Positions 62,645 to 64,000 of a stretch of 64,000 nucleotides of DNA are shown piece by piece (the first letter of the stretch is position 1; every line of letters begins with the position of its first letter). Origin of the DNA: Candidatus Bathyarchaeota archaeon. Lineage in GTDB: Archaea; Thermoproteota; Bathyarchaeia; Bathyarchaeales; Bathyarchaeaceae. A program made the position numbers and the translations under genes. The DNA lies in assembly GCA_963697165.1 (NCBI GenBank), contig CAVOMX010000024.1, positions 32,001 to 96,000 on the forward strand, written 5' to 3'. The notes below the pieces were generated by a model. It saw nothing but the letters and a program-made list of their open reading frames with translations. It did not search any database and was not told where the DNA came from.

Positions 62645-63040
62645 TTAGACTCTGCGTCCTCTGCGTCCGCCCTTTCTTCGGGTTCCATCGTGAGGTATAG
62701 GCGTTACCTCTTCGATTCGACCTACACGGAATCCAGCCCTTGCCAAGGCACGTATAGCCGCTTGGGCTCCTGCTCCGGGCGTTCTTGCGCCTGAGCCTCC
62801 TGGAGCTCGAACTTTTATGTGTATTGCTGTAATTCCTTTGTCTTTAGCGACTGTGGCTGTGTGTGCAGCAGCTCGCATGGTAGCGTACGCGGATGATTCT
62901 AGACGATCTGATTTAACGTGCATTCCACCTGAGGATCTTGCAATGGTTTCTGCACCTGAGATGTCTGTAAAATGTATTATTGTATTGTTGTATGAGCTGT
63001 AAACGTGAACAACTGCCCATTTGTCGGTTTTTTTACTCAC
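62645..63040 (-). CDS. rps11: 30S ribosomal protein S11
   Basis: NNTIIH, TPIPHDG.R..GGRRGRR. Confidence 0.97.
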   Translation of the reverse strand: MSKKTDKWAVVHVYSSYNNTIIHFTDISGAETIARSSGGMHVKSDRLESSAYATMRAAAHTATVAKDKGITAIHIKVRAPGGSGARTPGAGAQAAIRALARAGFRVGRIEEVTPIPHDGTRRKGGRRGRRV

Positions 63041-63600
63041 GTCTATTTTCCTCCTTGCGCTGTGATAGTGGCTCTGCTGGAATGTTTACGGCTTTTGCTA
63101 AGGGATGATCAGGATCTGTTAGAGGGCTTTTGGCAGCTATAGGCTATCTTTTCCTCTTCGTCTTTGAGTACCAAATAGCTTGGAGATGAGACTCTTCGTC
63201 CATCAACGGCGATGTGCCCATGGGTAATAAGTTGGCGAGATTGCTGTATAGATTGGGACAAGCCCCTATGGAAAACAAGTGTTTGAAGCCTGCGTTCCAG
63301 TATGTCTTCTAATGTCAGATCCAAAACGGCGTCCAGTGCAGATTCGTCAGGTAGGATTCCTAGCCTGTTAAGCCTGTTTAGAAGCTGCTTTTCCTGTTCG
63401 CTTCGTTCTTCAACAGAGCTAGCCAAAAGTGAACGTCCGATGCCACGGTACTTTGAAACCAAAGTTTTGGAGCGCCATATTTCTCGTTTATTTCGTAAAC
63501 CGTAATGACCAAGAGTTTTAAGTTCGGCTTCCAGTGTGTCTATTTGCCAAGGGAACCGTGGTGTATCAAACTTTTTTCTTTGCCTTTTTGGATCGCCCAT
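63033..63600 (-). CDS. rps4: 30S ribosomal protein S4 (3' frameshift)
   Basis: [24 protein letters not shown]. Confidence 0.95.
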
Positions 63601-63603
63601 CTA

Positions 63604-64000
63604 TTATTTCCCTCGCTGTACCTGTTTCTTCTTTACGCCTATCGCTTTTCCTTTTCTGCCCGTTGTTTTAGTTCTTTGCCCTCGGACCTTTAATCCATAG
63701 CTGTGACGGAAGCCTTTCCATGATCGCATCTTCTTCATTTGTTCTATGTCATTCTTTGTTTGAACAATCAGGTCTGTGCCTAAAACGTGAATGTCTTTTC
63801 CTGTTTCCAAATCTTTTCGTCGATTTAGAAGCCATGCGGGTATACCATACGCCGCGGGGTTTGTGATGACATCTTCGATTTTTTCTACATCAGCGTTAGA
63901 AAGGAAACCCATTCTTGTTTCTGGATCGATTCCAGATTTCTCTACGACTGCGTTTGCTATTTCTATTCCTATGCCCTTTACGCTTGTCAGGGCGTAAGTT
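63604..64000 (-). CDS. rps13: 30S ribosomal protein S13 (5' end outside window)
   Basis: VKGIG, WLLNRRKD, GLKVRGQRTKTTGR. Confidence 0.95.
   Translation of the reverse strand, partial: TYALTSVKGIGIEIANAVVEKSGIDPETRMGFLSNADVEKIEDVITNPAAYGIPAWLLNRRKDLETGKDIHVLGTDLIVQTKNDIEQMKKMRSWKGFRHSYGLKVRGQRTKTTGRKGKAIGVKKKQVQRGK

Noticed and set aside
6973..63997. Numerous antisense or overlapping ORFs in the track
   Set aside because: They are shadows of well-identified genes on the other strand or frame.

Overview
This is a core-chromosome segment of a TACK archaeon, probably Bathyarchaeia. That assignment is inferred from PolD, Elf1, a TackOD1-type protein, a crenarchaeal-type GluRS and the archaeal mevalonate pathway. 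The first ~6.3 kb is the most interesting part. It holds a replication origin with two inverted ORBs (177-197, 406-426), a wHTH-NurA-HerA operon, a membrane-anchored coiled-coil wHTH protein and a small HTH-like protein. Two separate arrays of short, partly helically phased repeats lie among these genes: GTKAA at the origin and ~30 GTGAY/RTCAC at 4.4-6.3 kb. Together they suggest a candidate origin-tethering or chromosome-segregation module (inference). Further along are elf1, GGGP synthase, polC, a trpEGDCFBA operon with a Trp-rich upstream ORF, porGDAB, alba, RPA, hsp20, tRNA-Leu(CAG), inositol genes and a type IV pilus locus. The window ends with rpl7ae-rps28e-rpl24e-adk-infB (adk sits where ndk usually is) and the rps13...eno-rps2-memo-mvk-ubiD-acnX-ipk-fni-idsA-gltX superoperon. 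Many genes, including essential ones, are split by single-base indels. These are most likely sequencing errors, so I reconstructed the coordinates of split genes by hand.
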